In this document: positions 18,814 to 29,626 of the stretch, piece by piece
How the letters are laid out: each line of letters starts with the position of its first letter
Numbering within the stretch: the stretch's first letter is position 1
Source of the DNA: Candidatus Woesearchaeota archaeon
GTDB taxonomy: Archaea; Nanobdellota; Nanobdellia; Woesearchaeales; GW2011-AR15
NCBI GenBank assembly: GCA_016928835.1
Contig: JAFGJW010000007.1
Span: 12,158 to 76,157 of the forward strand
DNA: 64,000 nt
Direction: 5' to 3'
Made by a program: the position numbers and the translations under genes
Notes under the pieces: model-generated
The model's database searches: none
Told to the model about the DNA's origin: nothing
Seen by the model: the letters and a program-made list of their open reading frames with translations, nothing else

Positions 18814-20148
18814 ATGGCCAGCGATACTATAAGAGTACTTTTTTATGAGCTTCCTCCTGAAAGTGTTCAGACAAGAGGGACGAAAGCACTTCGTCGATGG
18901 AAACATGAGGCGACAGATGACTATTCAAATGGACTACAGTCACAGATGTACTGGGGGTGTAGAGATCTCTCTCTCAGGAACGCGATGGGGCTTTCTGCTG
19001 AAGCTAGGAAGAGCTTAGTTGATACAATCAAGGAGACACGATTTACTGCTGAGCATGCCTCAAGAATTGAGGAAATTTGTCACATCCTTGGAAAAGGTGG
19101 AGATTATGATTATGTGGTTGTTGACGTCTCAGAACTCGCGCTAGATGAAGGCAAGAAGAGAACAGCGGAAATAAAGGAACTGTTAGGTTCTGGTACAGAG
19201 CCTGCCAAACTTATCGTGGTGGACGGGAAATTTCATACAAGATGGAAAGCCATGCGAAGATTCTATGAAGCGGACCACTGGATTACCATAAGACGACGGC
19301 ATAATTCTGTAGAGTCATTAAACCTGATAGCAGACTACCTCATTAGAGACATCCGTTCAAGGCATTTACCAAGACCCACTATTAATAGAGATATAATTAA
19401 TTTGGATGAAGTTTTGGACACTGTCCCTGAGCGTTTGAAAAGAATGCTTCTAAACCTAGTTTTAAATTGTGAAAGTAATGAGATTCATGACACTCAAGGC
19501 GCACCAACTGGGTGCAATCATCTTCCAGAACCAAGCTGCCGCGTTGAAGGTTATGATATTTTGCATTTCCTAGCAGCAAATCCAGGAAGGGATTATAGGA
19601 TATGCGGGCATTGTAGAAGTGGTACTGGTCTTCCCGGACCAACTGAATTTAGTGGAGAGGACATTGACTTTTTAAGATGGGCTGCTTTGCAGGTGGAGTG
19701 GAGAGCATTGATATATTTGGAAGAATTTGGTCAGGGTTTTATCTATTCATTTGATGGAAGCAGGAGCAAGTATGACCTTGCCCTTCCTGACACTAGGACA
19801 CTTATAGGAATGTATGGCGCCTGGAAGAATGAAACAGAGCCCGTGGTCTGGAAAATCACACCAGTAGACTGGGGAGGGGATAATCGATTAATTGTCAATC
19901 TCTTTTTGGCTTCTGGACCAATTTGGATTAGAAATTCTCTAGATCCAGACCTACTAAAAGATGTTATTCTGGATTATTGGATCGGACGGGATAGATATCG
20001 TAATACATTGGAGCATGCCTTGCAACACTACAGAGAGTATCTAGGAGGCAAACCTGGACATGTATATGCTGTGAAAGATGATGAGCAAAACCTTGCTGGT
20101 ATAGGAAGACTTATTGTAGAGAGAATCCATCCGCTAGTGGAAGAATAG
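18814..20148 (+). CDS. hypothetical protein
   Basis: 444 aa; Cys cluster CNHLPEPSC..CGHCRSG; no recognisable family. Confidence 0.5.
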   Translation: MASDTIRVLFYELPPESVQTRGTKALRRWKHEATDDYSNGLQSQMYWGCRDLSLRNAMGLSAEARKSLVDTIKETRFTAEHASRIEEICHILGKGGDYDYVVVDVSELALDEGKKRTAEIKELLGSGTEPAKLIVVDGKFHTRWKAMRRFYEADHWITIRRRHNSVESLNLIADYLIRDIRSRHLPRPTINRDIINLDEVLDTVPERLKRMLLNLVLNCESNEIHDTQGAPTGCNHLPEPSCRVEGYDILHFLAANPGRDYRICGHCRSGTGLPGPTEFSGEDIDFLRWAALQVEWRALIYLEEFGQGFIYSFDGSRSKYDLALPDTRTLIGMYGAWKNETEPVVWKITPVDWGGDNRLIVNLFLASGPIWIRNSLDPDLLKDVILDYWIGRDRYRNTLEHALQHYREYLGGKPGHVYAVKDDEQNLAGIGRLIVERIHPLVEE

Positions 20149-20186
20149 TAACCCAACAGATATTAGCTATGCAGAGACAGAGAGCA

Positions 20187-22394
20187 TTATCCATAAAAAT
20201 CTCTCACAAGAGGCTTCACAACCTTCTCCCAGTCCTTATACTTCATCTTTATTGAATTTGTATGAGAACCAGCATTGAACACGATTTCTTTTTGTTTTTC
20301 TAAGGATTCATCAACATACGCTTTCATATCAAACAGATTGCCAAAAGGGGGCATTGCTCCTATACTCAAACCAGTTATTTTTTTTACTTCTTTTGCATTG
20401 GCCAATTGGAGTTTTTCAACTTTCAAAATCTTCTTAAGCTTATCACTATCAATTTTCTTAGCAGCAGATATTACCACCATAATATACCCTTTGCTTGTTT
20501 TAAATATCAGCGCTTTAGCACCCTGCTCTAATTTTGTTCCTCTTATTTTTGCAGCTTGCTCAGAGGTATAAACAGGCTTGTGGTGGTATTCTTTATACTT
20601 GATATTGTCCTTAATAAGTAAATTCCTTATCTCATTGAAAACATCCTTATATGCAGTTTTAATTTGGATATGCAACTCATCCAGCTGAGCCTGGTTGACT
20701 TGAGAGGGAGAACCAACCATTAATGACTCTGCATTTTTTGTCTTAGGAAAGGCAATAACATCCCGTATGGCAGCTTGACCGGTAATAATAGTAACCAGCC
20801 GATCTAAGCCAAAGGCAATCCCGCCGTGCGGTGGCGCACCATACTTGAAAGCATCCAGCAAAAATCCAAAATTCTCTCTTGCTTCTTTTTTTGGTATTTT
20901 AAGCACTTTAAATATTCTCTCCTGCAGTTTCGGATCATGTATCCTTATAGAGCCGCCCCCAACCTCATAGCCGTTCAGTACAACATCATATGCTCTAGCT
21001 CTAGCTTTCTCAGGACTTTTATCTAAAAAATTTATATCTTCCTGTTTAGGGCTTGTGAATGGATGATGGACCGCAACGTGCCTTTGTTCATTCTCATCAA
21101 ACTCAACCAAGGGAAAATCAGTTATCCATAAGAAATTGTATTTAGTGTCATCAATTAACTCCAGTCTTTTTCCCAGCTCTAATCTTAGTGCTCCGAGAGC
21201 AGTATTCACAACATGATGCTTATGATCTGCAACAAAGAATAGTATACCGCCTTCCTTAACTTTAGTATGTTTAGCAAGTTCTTCTTGTATCTTTTTGCTA
21301 AAAAACTTTAGGATATTTGACTCAAATCCATTTTTTGTCATCCTCATGGCAACTAGTCCTCTAGCGCCATACCTTTTTGCCAAATCAGTGAGCTCATCTA
21401 TATCCTTTCTTGAGAATTTGTTTTCAGCACTGATACATTTAACTGAACCATTATTTTTTACAGTCTCGCTGAATACCTGAAAATCGCAATCTTGAACAAT
21501 ACTGGTAACATCCATTAGCTGTAATCCGAATCTTGTATCAGGCCTGTCAGTGCCATAAGTGTCCATTGCCTCTCTATAGGTTAATCTCGGGAATGGCACG
21601 CTAACATCAAGTTTCAAAACATCTTTCCATATCTGCCTTAATAATTCTTCCATCAAATTCTGCACATCATCCTCCTCGACAAAAGACATCTCTATATCCA
21701 GCTGTGTAAACTCCGGCTGCCTGTCAGCCCTGAAATCCTCATCTCTAAGGCATTTCACAATCTGATAATACCTGTCAAATCCGCTAATCATAAGAATCTG
21801 TTTATACAGCTGAGGGCTTTGCGGCAGTGCATAGAACTTGCCTGGATGGATTCTGCTGGGAACAAGAAAATCCCTAGCACCTTCTGGCGTGCTCTTAGCA
21901 AGGAAAGGTGTCTCTATATCAATAAAATTATGCTCATTGAAAAAATCTCTTATTACTTTTGTTACCTTATGCCTTGTAATAAAAACACTCTGCAACTCTG
22001 GTCTTCTGAGATCAAGATACCTATATTTCAGCCTTGATTCGTCTGTTGTATTCTCATCATATACTTCTATCGGCAGAGTGTCTGCATTATTCAAAATCTC
22101 CAGTTTTCCGCACAAAATTTCTATGTCTCCTGTGCCAAGGGCCTGGTTCTTATCCTTTCTCTCTTTTACTCTTCCCTTAACTCTCACAACATCTTCTCTG
22201 TGCAGTTGTTTTGCATGACTATACAGTTTCTTGTCAGAATCATCAACAACTATCTGTGTTCTCCCGTATCGGTCTCTCACATCAAAGAACAAAAGATTTC
22301 CAAAGTCCCTCACCTTATGCACCCAGCCGCATAAGCTAACTTTTTTACCAATATGCTTTTTCCTTAATTCGCCGCATGTATGGGTTCGCATCAT
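20187..22394 (-). CDS. aspS: bacterial-type aspartyl-tRNA synthetase fused to C-terminal YbaK/ProX-like aminoacyl-tRNA deacylase domain
   Basis: N-terminal OB fold MRTHTCGELR..., RLKYRYLDLRR, class II motifs FRAD/QLDIEMSF, GGIAFGLDRLV and FPKT; about 140 aa C-terminal extension with YbaK-like GLSIGAMPPFG...NAGSH; start moved to internal Met (22394) by homology. Confidence 0.85.
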   Translation of the reverse strand: MMRTHTCGELRKKHIGKKVSLCGWVHKVRDFGNLLFFDVRDRYGRTQIVVDDSDKKLYSHAKQLHREDVVRVKGRVKERKDKNQALGTGDIEILCGKLEILNNADTLPIEVYDENTTDESRLKYRYLDLRRPELQSVFITRHKVTKVIRDFFNEHNFIDIETPFLAKSTPEGARDFLVPSRIHPGKFYALPQSPQLYKQILMISGFDRYYQIVKCLRDEDFRADRQPEFTQLDIEMSFVEEDDVQNLMEELLRQIWKDVLKLDVSVPFPRLTYREAMDTYGTDRPDTRFGLQLMDVTSIVQDCDFQVFSETVKNNGSVKCISAENKFSRKDIDELTDLAKRYGARGLVAMRMTKNGFESNILKFFSKKIQEELAKHTKVKEGGILFFVADHKHHVVNTALGALRLELGKRLELIDDTKYNFLWITDFPLVEFDENEQRHVAVHHPFTSPKQEDINFLDKSPEKARARAYDVVLNGYEVGGGSIRIHDPKLQERIFKVLKIPKKEARENFGFLLDAFKYGAPPHGGIAFGLDRLVTIITGQAAIRDVIAFPKTKNAESLMVGSPSQVNQAQLDELHIQIKTAYKDVFNEIRNLLIKDNIKYKEYHHKPVYTSEQAAKIRGTKLEQGAKALIFKTSKGYIMVVISAAKKIDSDKLKKILKVEKLQLANAKEVKKITGLSIGAMPPFGNLFDMKAYVDESLEKQKEIVFNAGSHTNSIKMKYKDWEKVVKPLVRDFYG

Positions 22395-22555
22395 TCTAAA
22401 TAGTAAAATAAATTCCAGTTTAAAAAACTTTTCAGAAAAAGAATAAGGAAAAATGAAATTGCCCCGCTGGCACATTAGTTAAGAGCAACGATCAATAGAA
22501 ATAGGGTGAATAAACAGTTGGAAATATTTATAAATCTCTGAGCTAATAAAATAAT

Positions 22556-24163
22556 GTGGTTAATCAACAATTGCTTGAATATTTTAAAAAAGGTATTTCT
22601 CAAGGAAACACTATTGAGGGACTAAGAGCGTTTTATTTACAGAATAATGTTCCAGAGCAAGATATCCAGGAAGTAATAAGTCATCTTGTCAAAGACAAGA
22701 ATGCAAAACCCAAAAGAATTCTAGCAGTTTTAGTAATAATTACAAGCTTTGTTGTGTTAGTATTAGTACTGTGTTATTTTTTATTTTTAAAGGATTATTC
22801 AAAAGCGGGCTCATTTAATTTTAGGCTTCTATCTGAAGAAGAGCTCAATAAGAGAGGAAGCTTTACAATTCCAGAATATGCCGCAACCTATGAACATCAT
22901 ATTAAGTACACTGGAACTGATGAAGAAATTGCCAATCTTATCGACTACTACTATGAAAATAAAAATAGCATTACAATCTACCACAAGAATAATAACTACA
23001 CAATCATAACCAATAACAAGGATTCAGAGACTATAAGAATAGAATATTTGGTAGGTGAAGACTACTACCTGTGCCAGACAGGAAATGAAACAGAGTGTTT
23101 TAGATCTTCTAATAAAAATATTTTCTTACTTATGCTACTTGAATTAGCAGATAAATTCAACAACAATATCTCTCAGTACCATATTCTCAGCTCAAGAACA
23201 AAAAATTTTTTAGGTGTACCAGGTGGTTGTTATGAATTCCAGCAAAATAATGATTACAGCAGTGAAACATTCGAACTGTGTCATGAACTACATGGGGTTC
23301 CTGTTTACTATAAAATTAATAAGCCCGATCTTGTAAACGAGATGGTTGTGAAAGAACTCACAAGAACAGTAAACGGGTTTGATTTTGAAAATGATCTGGC
23401 GATTCGCATTAAGCAGGCACAAAATCCACAGAATATTGTTGCTGACACACCAACAGAAGGTAATTGCAGATCAGATTGTACTAAAGGAGACGGCATTGCA
23501 TATCTTGAGTGTTCTGGAGTAAACGAATGTCTCACTGTTGATCCAAAGTGTGACCGTGAAAAGGTCAATCTTGTAATTCACGAACCCTTCTGCCATTTAT
23601 ATGGACCATATGACGAACTAGTAGAGTCATATCAATGCAGTTTTATTGACGGTCAGATATATGTAAGGCGTGAAGAAACGGCTCTATGTTACTATGGGTG
23701 TGAAGAAGGTTCATGTATACAGCCACAAAATGCATGTGCTGATGAATATGGAAAAATTCTGCCTATTCAAACGAGGTATTGTGAAGATGAAAAAGGCAAC
23801 TATTCCTTCACTGGGTGCTCAGGAGACACTGACATTTTTTACTGGTTCTGTGACAATGAACAAGATTGCAGAAGCTTGGGCAATACATGCTCATCAAATT
23901 TCTGCAAAGACGCTGTATGTTGGATGCCTATCCAATGTTCAGATAGCGATGAAGGACTTGATTATGCAGAGAAAGGTGAGATAATCATCAAGTATGCTAA
24001 TGGGGAAGACACTAGGGTTGACAAATGCTATCGGGAGTCTTATCCGAATCCGAATTGGCAAGACTCTAAATTATTAATGGAATGGTATTGTGTTGATAAC
24101 AAAGTTCAGTATAAGAGGTATGAATGTCCCAATGACTGTGTAAATGGAGCATGTATCAGCTGA
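22556..24163 (+). CDS. single-pass membrane protein with large extracellular cysteine-rich domain
   Basis: 535 aa; TM helix around aa 55-77; more than 35 Cys in C-terminal 250 aa. Confidence 0.5.
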   Translation: MVNQQLLEYFKKGISQGNTIEGLRAFYLQNNVPEQDIQEVISHLVKDKNAKPKRILAVLVIITSFVVLVLVLCYFLFLKDYSKAGSFNFRLLSEEELNKRGSFTIPEYAATYEHHIKYTGTDEEIANLIDYYYENKNSITIYHKNNNYTIITNNKDSETIRIEYLVGEDYYLCQTGNETECFRSSNKNIFLLMLLELADKFNNNISQYHILSSRTKNFLGVPGGCYEFQQNNDYSSETFELCHELHGVPVYYKINKPDLVNEMVVKELTRTVNGFDFENDLAIRIKQAQNPQNIVADTPTEGNCRSDCTKGDGIAYLECSGVNECLTVDPKCDREKVNLVIHEPFCHLYGPYDELVESYQCSFIDGQIYVRREETALCYYGCEEGSCIQPQNACADEYGKILPIQTRYCEDEKGNYSFTGCSGDTDIFYWFCDNEQDCRSLGNTCSSNFCKDAVCWMPIQCSDSDEGLDYAEKGEIIIKYANGEDTRVDKCYRESYPNPNWQDSKLLMEWYCVDNKVQYKRYECPNDCVNGACIS

Positions 24164-24216
24164 ACCTCATCTATATTGACACAAGATATATAAAGAAACT
24201 ATTGTAGAATAGAAAT

Positions 24217-24570
24217 ATGAAGCAGATACTCAAGGCATTCATCTATAGCCTGCTGCTGGGGTTCATAGCTTTATATTCTGTCTCACAATTCTGGGAAAAG
24301 CCACTTGAGCTCACTCTCGGACTGCTTAGTTTAAGTGCGTTAATGTTATTAATTTCCAAAAAAAAAGAGGATTTGGTGCTGTTTGTTGTCTGCGGCGCTT
24401 CGGGAGCGATTGCAGAAATCATCGGCATATTTTTCGGTGCATGGAATTACTCGCTGCCCCAGCTCGGCATTATTCCATACTGGCTTCCTATCCTCTGGGG
24501 AATTGCTGCCCTTTTCGTTAAAAGAACATCACAAGAGATAGACGATTTTTTCAAGAAAAAGACTAAATAA
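24217..24570 (+). CDS. small hypothetical membrane protein
   Basis: 117 aa, 3 predicted TM helices. Confidence 0.4.
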   Translation: MKQILKAFIYSLLLGFIALYSVSQFWEKPLELTLGLLSLSALMLLISKKKEDLVLFVVCGASGAIAEIIGIFFGAWNYSLPQLGIIPYWLPILWGIAALFVKRTSQEIDDFFKKKTK

Positions 24571-27388
24571 CAACAATCCCCGGCTTTCCGGGCATACCCC
24601 TTTTCCTTTCTTTGCTTTTTTCCCCCTTCTCCACTACCACATCAACTCTACTAAAATTACTGCTTATAAAATCCCGTGCTTCAACCAGTGCAGTATATTC
24701 TTTTTCCTGTGACGCTACATCTTCTACACTCTTGCCTGCTTTCATAATCTTCTGTAATATCTGTGCAATTTCTTTTGAATGCTTTTTAAATTCATCTCTC
24801 CTCATTGCTGCCTGCATCAAATCCTTGAACTCCCTGGAGGGCTGTTTTTGAAGCATTTTATACAGCTCATACTTCCAATTCTCAGAAACTATAAGCTTGA
24901 CCTGTTTTGGTTTTTTTATTTTGATTAACTTCAAAACCTCATTTATATCATATACAACATTTTCAATTGTCTTCTCCAGCACATCAAGCTCCTTGTCAAC
25001 AGCATTTTTATCATATTTGGGCCATGATGCTCCACAAATAAATCCTTTTTTACCTATAGTACTCCAGACCTCTTCTCCAGTAAAAGGTATAAAAGGCGCC
25101 AGCAGCAGTACCTGAGTTTCAATGGCTTTATTCATTATCTCTTTGTTTGGTTTTTCAGCTGTTCTCCTTAGGTACCATCTCATTATTCTCTGCATATCAA
25201 AATAGGCCCTCTGAAGTGCGCTTCTGAACATAGTCTGCTCCATACACTTAGTTGTATCTTTGATGCTAAGATTAATCTGGGACAGCATCCATCTGTCAAT
25301 AGTCCTCTTCTCATATATACCTCTGTTGTAATATTGTCCAGCAAAATTGATCAATTGTGTCAGTTTGTCCTTCATTGCCCTAGCCAACTCAGTATCCCAA
25401 TTTGCATCATCAAGGCCTTCTCCCCCAGAAAGTACGGTGAATCTGGAAGCATCTGCACCAAACTCTGATACCATAACTCTCACAGGGATAACATTTCCCA
25501 GTGACTTTGACATCTTCTGGCCGTCGACAGTAACCCACCCATTTAAACCATAGCTCTCTGGCCAGTGTTTTTCCGGGAATATGGCTGTGTGGTTGAAAAT
25601 GCAGAAACTCATATGATTCTGGATAAGATCTTTTCCAGTATTCCTGAAATCCATCGGGTACCAGTACAAGAACTCCTCCCTTAGTTCTTCTAATAATTTC
25701 TTGCCAACTTTTGATTTATCTTTATTTTTTCCCAAAAAAACATAATCAAAAAAATTATCATCAATTTTCTCTATATCAATATCCTTAATTTTGTGTGAGA
25801 TTGTGTAATATGCCATATATATTGTACTGTCTGACAATGATTCAATAACCCATTTCTTGTCCCACGGCAGTGGCGTTCCCAGGTCAGTTTCTGATTCGTG
25901 CGTGCAGGCCCAGTCATCAAGCCAGTCCAATACATAGTCAAATTGCGGGCGTACTTTTTCTGGGTATAGATTCATTCTATTGAGGCATTTATGAGCCAGC
26001 TTCTTCCACTCATTATTGCCATATGCCAAGAACCATTGGTCTGAGACAATCTTTACTTTAGCTTCTGTCAGGCATCTGCATATTACTTTTCCGGTTGGCT
26101 CGTACATAACATCTGCCCTGCCCTCTTTTATTAATTTACTCTTGATTTTTTCTTTGGCTACCTCTACTTTCATGCCTGCATAACCCCCACTATTCTTGGT
26201 CATAATGCCTGTATGATAGCCGGCCTTATAGATAATTTTTCTCGCTTCCTCCAATTTTGCCCTTTCCTTTTGGTTTTTTATTTTTCTGTCAAGGCAGATT
26301 TTTACGCCTGCCATGTCACCCCATTCCTTAGTCTTTATAATTGGGATAACCTCAATCTTTTTGATATCCTCCCAATTTAATCCGTATTTTTCGCATTCTT
26401 CTTTTGAATTCTGCAGATCTGTTAATCCCATGTAGTCATCAGGAGCATCACTTGGCACTGATGTAACAATTCCAGAACCAATGTCAGGGTTGCAGAAGCT
26501 TGAGGGCAAGATAATCAATTCTTTGTCAATACCAGGAGCATATGCATATTTTCCGATTATTTCTCCTCCATTTACTTTGCCGATCTCCTCGACTTTTTTA
26601 TCCTGCAGCTTGAGTTTGTCAGCACACTCTTTGCTGCAGATCCAATTTTCTTTATCATCCACCCTTATCTTAACATACTCAACCTTTGGATCAACCCATA
26701 AATTAGTCTGTCCGTATATAGTCTCAGGCCTCAGAGACGCGCAGACGATATAAGCATCTTCAAACTTAAACTTCAATAGTGTGTATTCCTGAGGTGTTTC
26801 TCCTTCTCCTGCAACTCTTGAATGGTCGCCGATAGGCATATTTTCTCTTGGGCACCAGATTACTGGTTTCTTGCCTTTTATTACATAACCCTTTTTCTTT
26901 AATGTCCTAAACTGCCACTCAATGAATTTGCTGTAATGAGGATTTAGAGAAGTGGTGATAAAATTCCTCCTCCAATCTATGGATAGACCAGCGTCTGTTA
27001 AATCATCTTGCCAGCCCTTTGAAAAGATCTTGATCCATTGTTTTGGCTCTTTAAATTTTTCAATTTGTTCCTCATTAAAACCCATCTGCCTTAGTGTAGA
27101 GATTTGCTTCTCTTCCCCATCGCTGACTCTTCTGGCTGCATTTATTATAGGTGAGCCAGTGCAGTGCCAAGCCTGCGCAAACAGCACATTATGGTCTGTC
27201 ATTCTCCTGTATCTCGCATAAGTCTCAACTCTCATCAGAGAATAAAAGTGGCCTATATGCGGAAAAAGATTTATATAGGGATAAGGGAAAGTAACAAAGG
27301 ATTTTTTCCTTTTGTCTGGCCTGTACTCAAATATTTTGGCTTCCTGCCATTTTTTAACCCATTTTTCTTCGATTTTTTTCCAGTTCAT
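24563..27388 (-). CDS. leuS: leucyl-tRNA synthetase, archaeal/eukaryal type
   Basis: 941 aa; HIGH-like PHIGHFYS and KMSKS motifs; editing (CP1) domain. Confidence 0.95.
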   Translation of the reverse strand: MNWKKIEEKWVKKWQEAKIFEYRPDKRKKSFVTFPYPYINLFPHIGHFYSLMRVETYARYRRMTDHNVLFAQAWHCTGSPIINAARRVSDGEEKQISTLRQMGFNEEQIEKFKEPKQWIKIFSKGWQDDLTDAGLSIDWRRNFITTSLNPHYSKFIEWQFRTLKKKGYVIKGKKPVIWCPRENMPIGDHSRVAGEGETPQEYTLLKFKFEDAYIVCASLRPETIYGQTNLWVDPKVEYVKIRVDDKENWICSKECADKLKLQDKKVEEIGKVNGGEIIGKYAYAPGIDKELIILPSSFCNPDIGSGIVTSVPSDAPDDYMGLTDLQNSKEECEKYGLNWEDIKKIEVIPIIKTKEWGDMAGVKICLDRKIKNQKERAKLEEARKIIYKAGYHTGIMTKNSGGYAGMKVEVAKEKIKSKLIKEGRADVMYEPTGKVICRCLTEAKVKIVSDQWFLAYGNNEWKKLAHKCLNRMNLYPEKVRPQFDYVLDWLDDWACTHESETDLGTPLPWDKKWVIESLSDSTIYMAYYTISHKIKDIDIEKIDDNFFDYVFLGKNKDKSKVGKKLLEELREEFLYWYPMDFRNTGKDLIQNHMSFCIFNHTAIFPEKHWPESYGLNGWVTVDGQKMSKSLGNVIPVRVMVSEFGADASRFTVLSGGEGLDDANWDTELARAMKDKLTQLINFAGQYYNRGIYEKRTIDRWMLSQINLSIKDTTKCMEQTMFRSALQRAYFDMQRIMRWYLRRTAEKPNKEIMNKAIETQVLLLAPFIPFTGEEVWSTIGKKGFICGASWPKYDKNAVDKELDVLEKTIENVVYDINEVLKLIKIKKPKQVKLIVSENWKYELYKMLQKQPSREFKDLMQAAMRRDEFKKHSKEIAQILQKIMKAGKSVEDVASQEKEYTALVEARDFISSNFSRVDVVVEKGEKSKERKRGMPGKPGIVVI

Positions 27389-27570
27389 TTGTATGCACCT
27401 TAGTTATTTGCTAATTGTATATAAAGTTTATGCAAAGAAACAAGACAATGAGCTCACAGAACGAGCAACAACAAAAGGTCTAACCCATTGAGCTTCATGC
27501 AGATTGTAAATCAGGTGTAATATTTAAATGTTAGTGGTTTTGATAACTATATATTGAAGACAAGACAAAT

Positions 27571-28710
27571 CTAGACAACATTAAAGTAAGTTTTGCGGTC
27601 TGGAATAGGTTGACGTAGTCTTCTGAGGCCTACCCAGTTACTTGTAAAATCGGCAAGCCCACCAATTTGCCTAGCTAGGCTCTCAATTTCCTCTTCGATT
27701 AATGAATAGATACCAACAAATTCTTGTATACGTTGCTTTAGTTCTGGATCAATAATGCAATCAATCATCTTTATACATAGATTTGGTTTTATAGGGAGTT
27801 GACACTGATAATTCTGTTGTTCTGACCCCAAAAACTGACAATGTAAGCTTCCAGTTTCTGTTATGTAAACTGCAGGTCTAGAACCATGTTTCGCATCATA
27901 CCATATTAATGCCGCATTAAGAAGACCATATCTACCTGGCAAGGCCATCTCCATTACAGATCCATGACAGCATCCCCTTTCCATGCAATAATCATATAAT
28001 CCAATTTTTCTAAATTCTTCTTCAAGCTGTTGTTGGGCATTTTGCAGTGCCTTTGCCAATACTAACAAACTTGTTCTATAATTACCGCTTTTTATTTGAT
28101 TTGCCATTTTCCACTTATCTTCAATGTCCAGTTCGTTAAGGTTTCGCATTACTCGATCGTCATAATCATGAAACTTTCCACTAGTATTGGCATCTTCAAT
28201 TAGTACTAGATCATATAGAAAAGCTTCTAATATTTTTTCCCTTTCCTCCTGTGAAAGTGTAGACTCCCTATGAATAAGGCACTGAACTGGTGGTTGTATC
28301 TTTCTCCTACCTTTCAACCGGAAATACAAATCTTCGAACATTTTTCTTAGGTGTCTGTATATCGTGCTTTCACTTAGTCCAGCAAAGCAACTGATATCTG
28401 ATACTGGCATTTCATAGTCTTCAAAAAGCCGTTTGTATAGTGACTTGATACTATCAAATCCAAAAACATCATCTTCACCAAAAGGTTTAATATCTCTCTC
28501 AACAAATTCAAGAATTTTGCCAAGTCTTAAGTAAGCTCTAAATGAAAAATCATGCACCTGGCTTGAGACATAATTCCAAGGGTCTCCAGAAAACTGATCA
28601 GGAATAGGAACCATGGGATCTTCAAGATCTTTGAAACGACCGTTAACTTCATATTCCTTGAGCAGTGCTATAAGTACATCTTCTATTGTTATATCTGGTC
28701 TTAAAGGCAT
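27571..28710 (-). CDS. hypothetical protein with helix-turn-helix motif
   Basis: 379 aa; ISCFAGLSESTIYRHLRK HTH-like segment; Arg-rich composition. Confidence 0.5.
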   Translation of the reverse strand: MPLRPDITIEDVLIALLKEYEVNGRFKDLEDPMVPIPDQFSGDPWNYVSSQVHDFSFRAYLRLGKILEFVERDIKPFGEDDVFGFDSIKSLYKRLFEDYEMPVSDISCFAGLSESTIYRHLRKMFEDLYFRLKGRRKIQPPVQCLIHRESTLSQEEREKILEAFLYDLVLIEDANTSGKFHDYDDRVMRNLNELDIEDKWKMANQIKSGNYRTSLLVLAKALQNAQQQLEEEFRKIGLYDYCMERGCCHGSVMEMALPGRYGLLNAALIWYDAKHGSRPAVYITETGSLHCQFLGSEQQNYQCQLPIKPNLCIKMIDCIIDPELKQRIQEFVGIYSLIEEEIESLARQIGGLADFTSNWVGLRRLRQPIPDRKTYFNVV

Positions 28711-28802
28711 TTTTCACTATGAAAAATAAGTTATATATAAATGATTCCTTGCCATTAATAATATCAGGAAAATATGGATAAAGTAGAATTTGTAAAAAAA
28801 CC

Positions 28803-29003
28803 CTAGAACTTCTTAAACTGTGCCACTGTATCGATTAAATCAACATGGCCCATGAACATTGCCCTGCAGCAGTATCTCTCTAACCCAAGCTCATCCAACG
28901 TCTCTTTAACATTCTTTTTCTTATTATCTGTTTTTGCCAAGAAATCTTCCCACAGGTGTGCAATGGGCTTTCCACATGAATAGCATCTGACAGGGATAAT
29001 CAT
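28803..29003 (-). CDS. rpoN: DNA-directed RNA polymerase subunit N (Rpb10 homolog)
   Basis: MIIPVRCYSCGK...LGLERYCCR zinc-binding signature; start set at internal Met of listed 88-aa ORF. Confidence 0.85.
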   Translation of the reverse strand: MIIPVRCYSCGKPIAHLWEDFLAKTDNKKKNVKETLDELGLERYCCRAMFMGHVDLIDTVAQFKKF

Positions 29004-29055
29004 AGTCCCATGGAAACACGATTTATTTATAAAGTTTGCTGATTTTATATATAGC

Positions 29056-29610
29056 ATGAAAGTTTTCATTATTCACGGAGCTTATGGCTCCCCACAGGAA
29101 AATTGGATACCCTGGCTTAAATTTGAGTTAAAAAAAATAAAGTCTGAAGTGATCATTCCGGCGTTTCCAACACCAGAGGGCCAATCCTTAAAAAACTGGA
29201 TGAGTGTTTTCGAGAGATATTTGGAAGAACTGGATGAGGACACCATTTTAATCGGCCATAGCATCGGCGCCACATTTGTTCTTAGAGTTCTGGAAAAAAT
29301 AAAAAAGCAAATCAAAGCAAGTTTTCTTGTTGCTGGAGTATTATCTTACCTTAACATAGAGGAATTTGACAACATAAACAGGACGTTTATAGAGAAAGAG
29401 TTTAATACCAAAAAAATCAGACAGAACTGTAAAAAGTTCTATATTATCAACTCAGACAATGACCCATACATTCCGTTAGACAAAGCTGAAAGATTAGCTC
29501 AAGAGTTGAATACAAAGGTTATAATAGTAAAAAATGCAGGCCATTTCAATATAAAAGCAGGATATGCTAAATTTGAGTTCCTTCTAGAAAAGATTAAAAA
29601 AGAGCTTTAA
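29056..29610 (+). CDS. alpha/beta-fold serine hydrolase, RBBP9/YdeN family
   Basis: IIHGAYGSP..W, nucleophile elbow GHSIG, C-terminal His. Confidence 0.7.
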   Translation: MKVFIIHGAYGSPQENWIPWLKFELKKIKSEVIIPAFPTPEGQSLKNWMSVFERYLEELDEDTILIGHSIGATFVLRVLEKIKKQIKASFLVAGVLSYLNIEEFDNINRTFIEKEFNTKKIRQNCKKFYIINSDNDPYIPLDKAERLAQELNTKVIIVKNAGHFNIKAGYAKFEFLLEKIKKEL

Positions 29611-29626
29611 ACCGTCATTGGATTTT

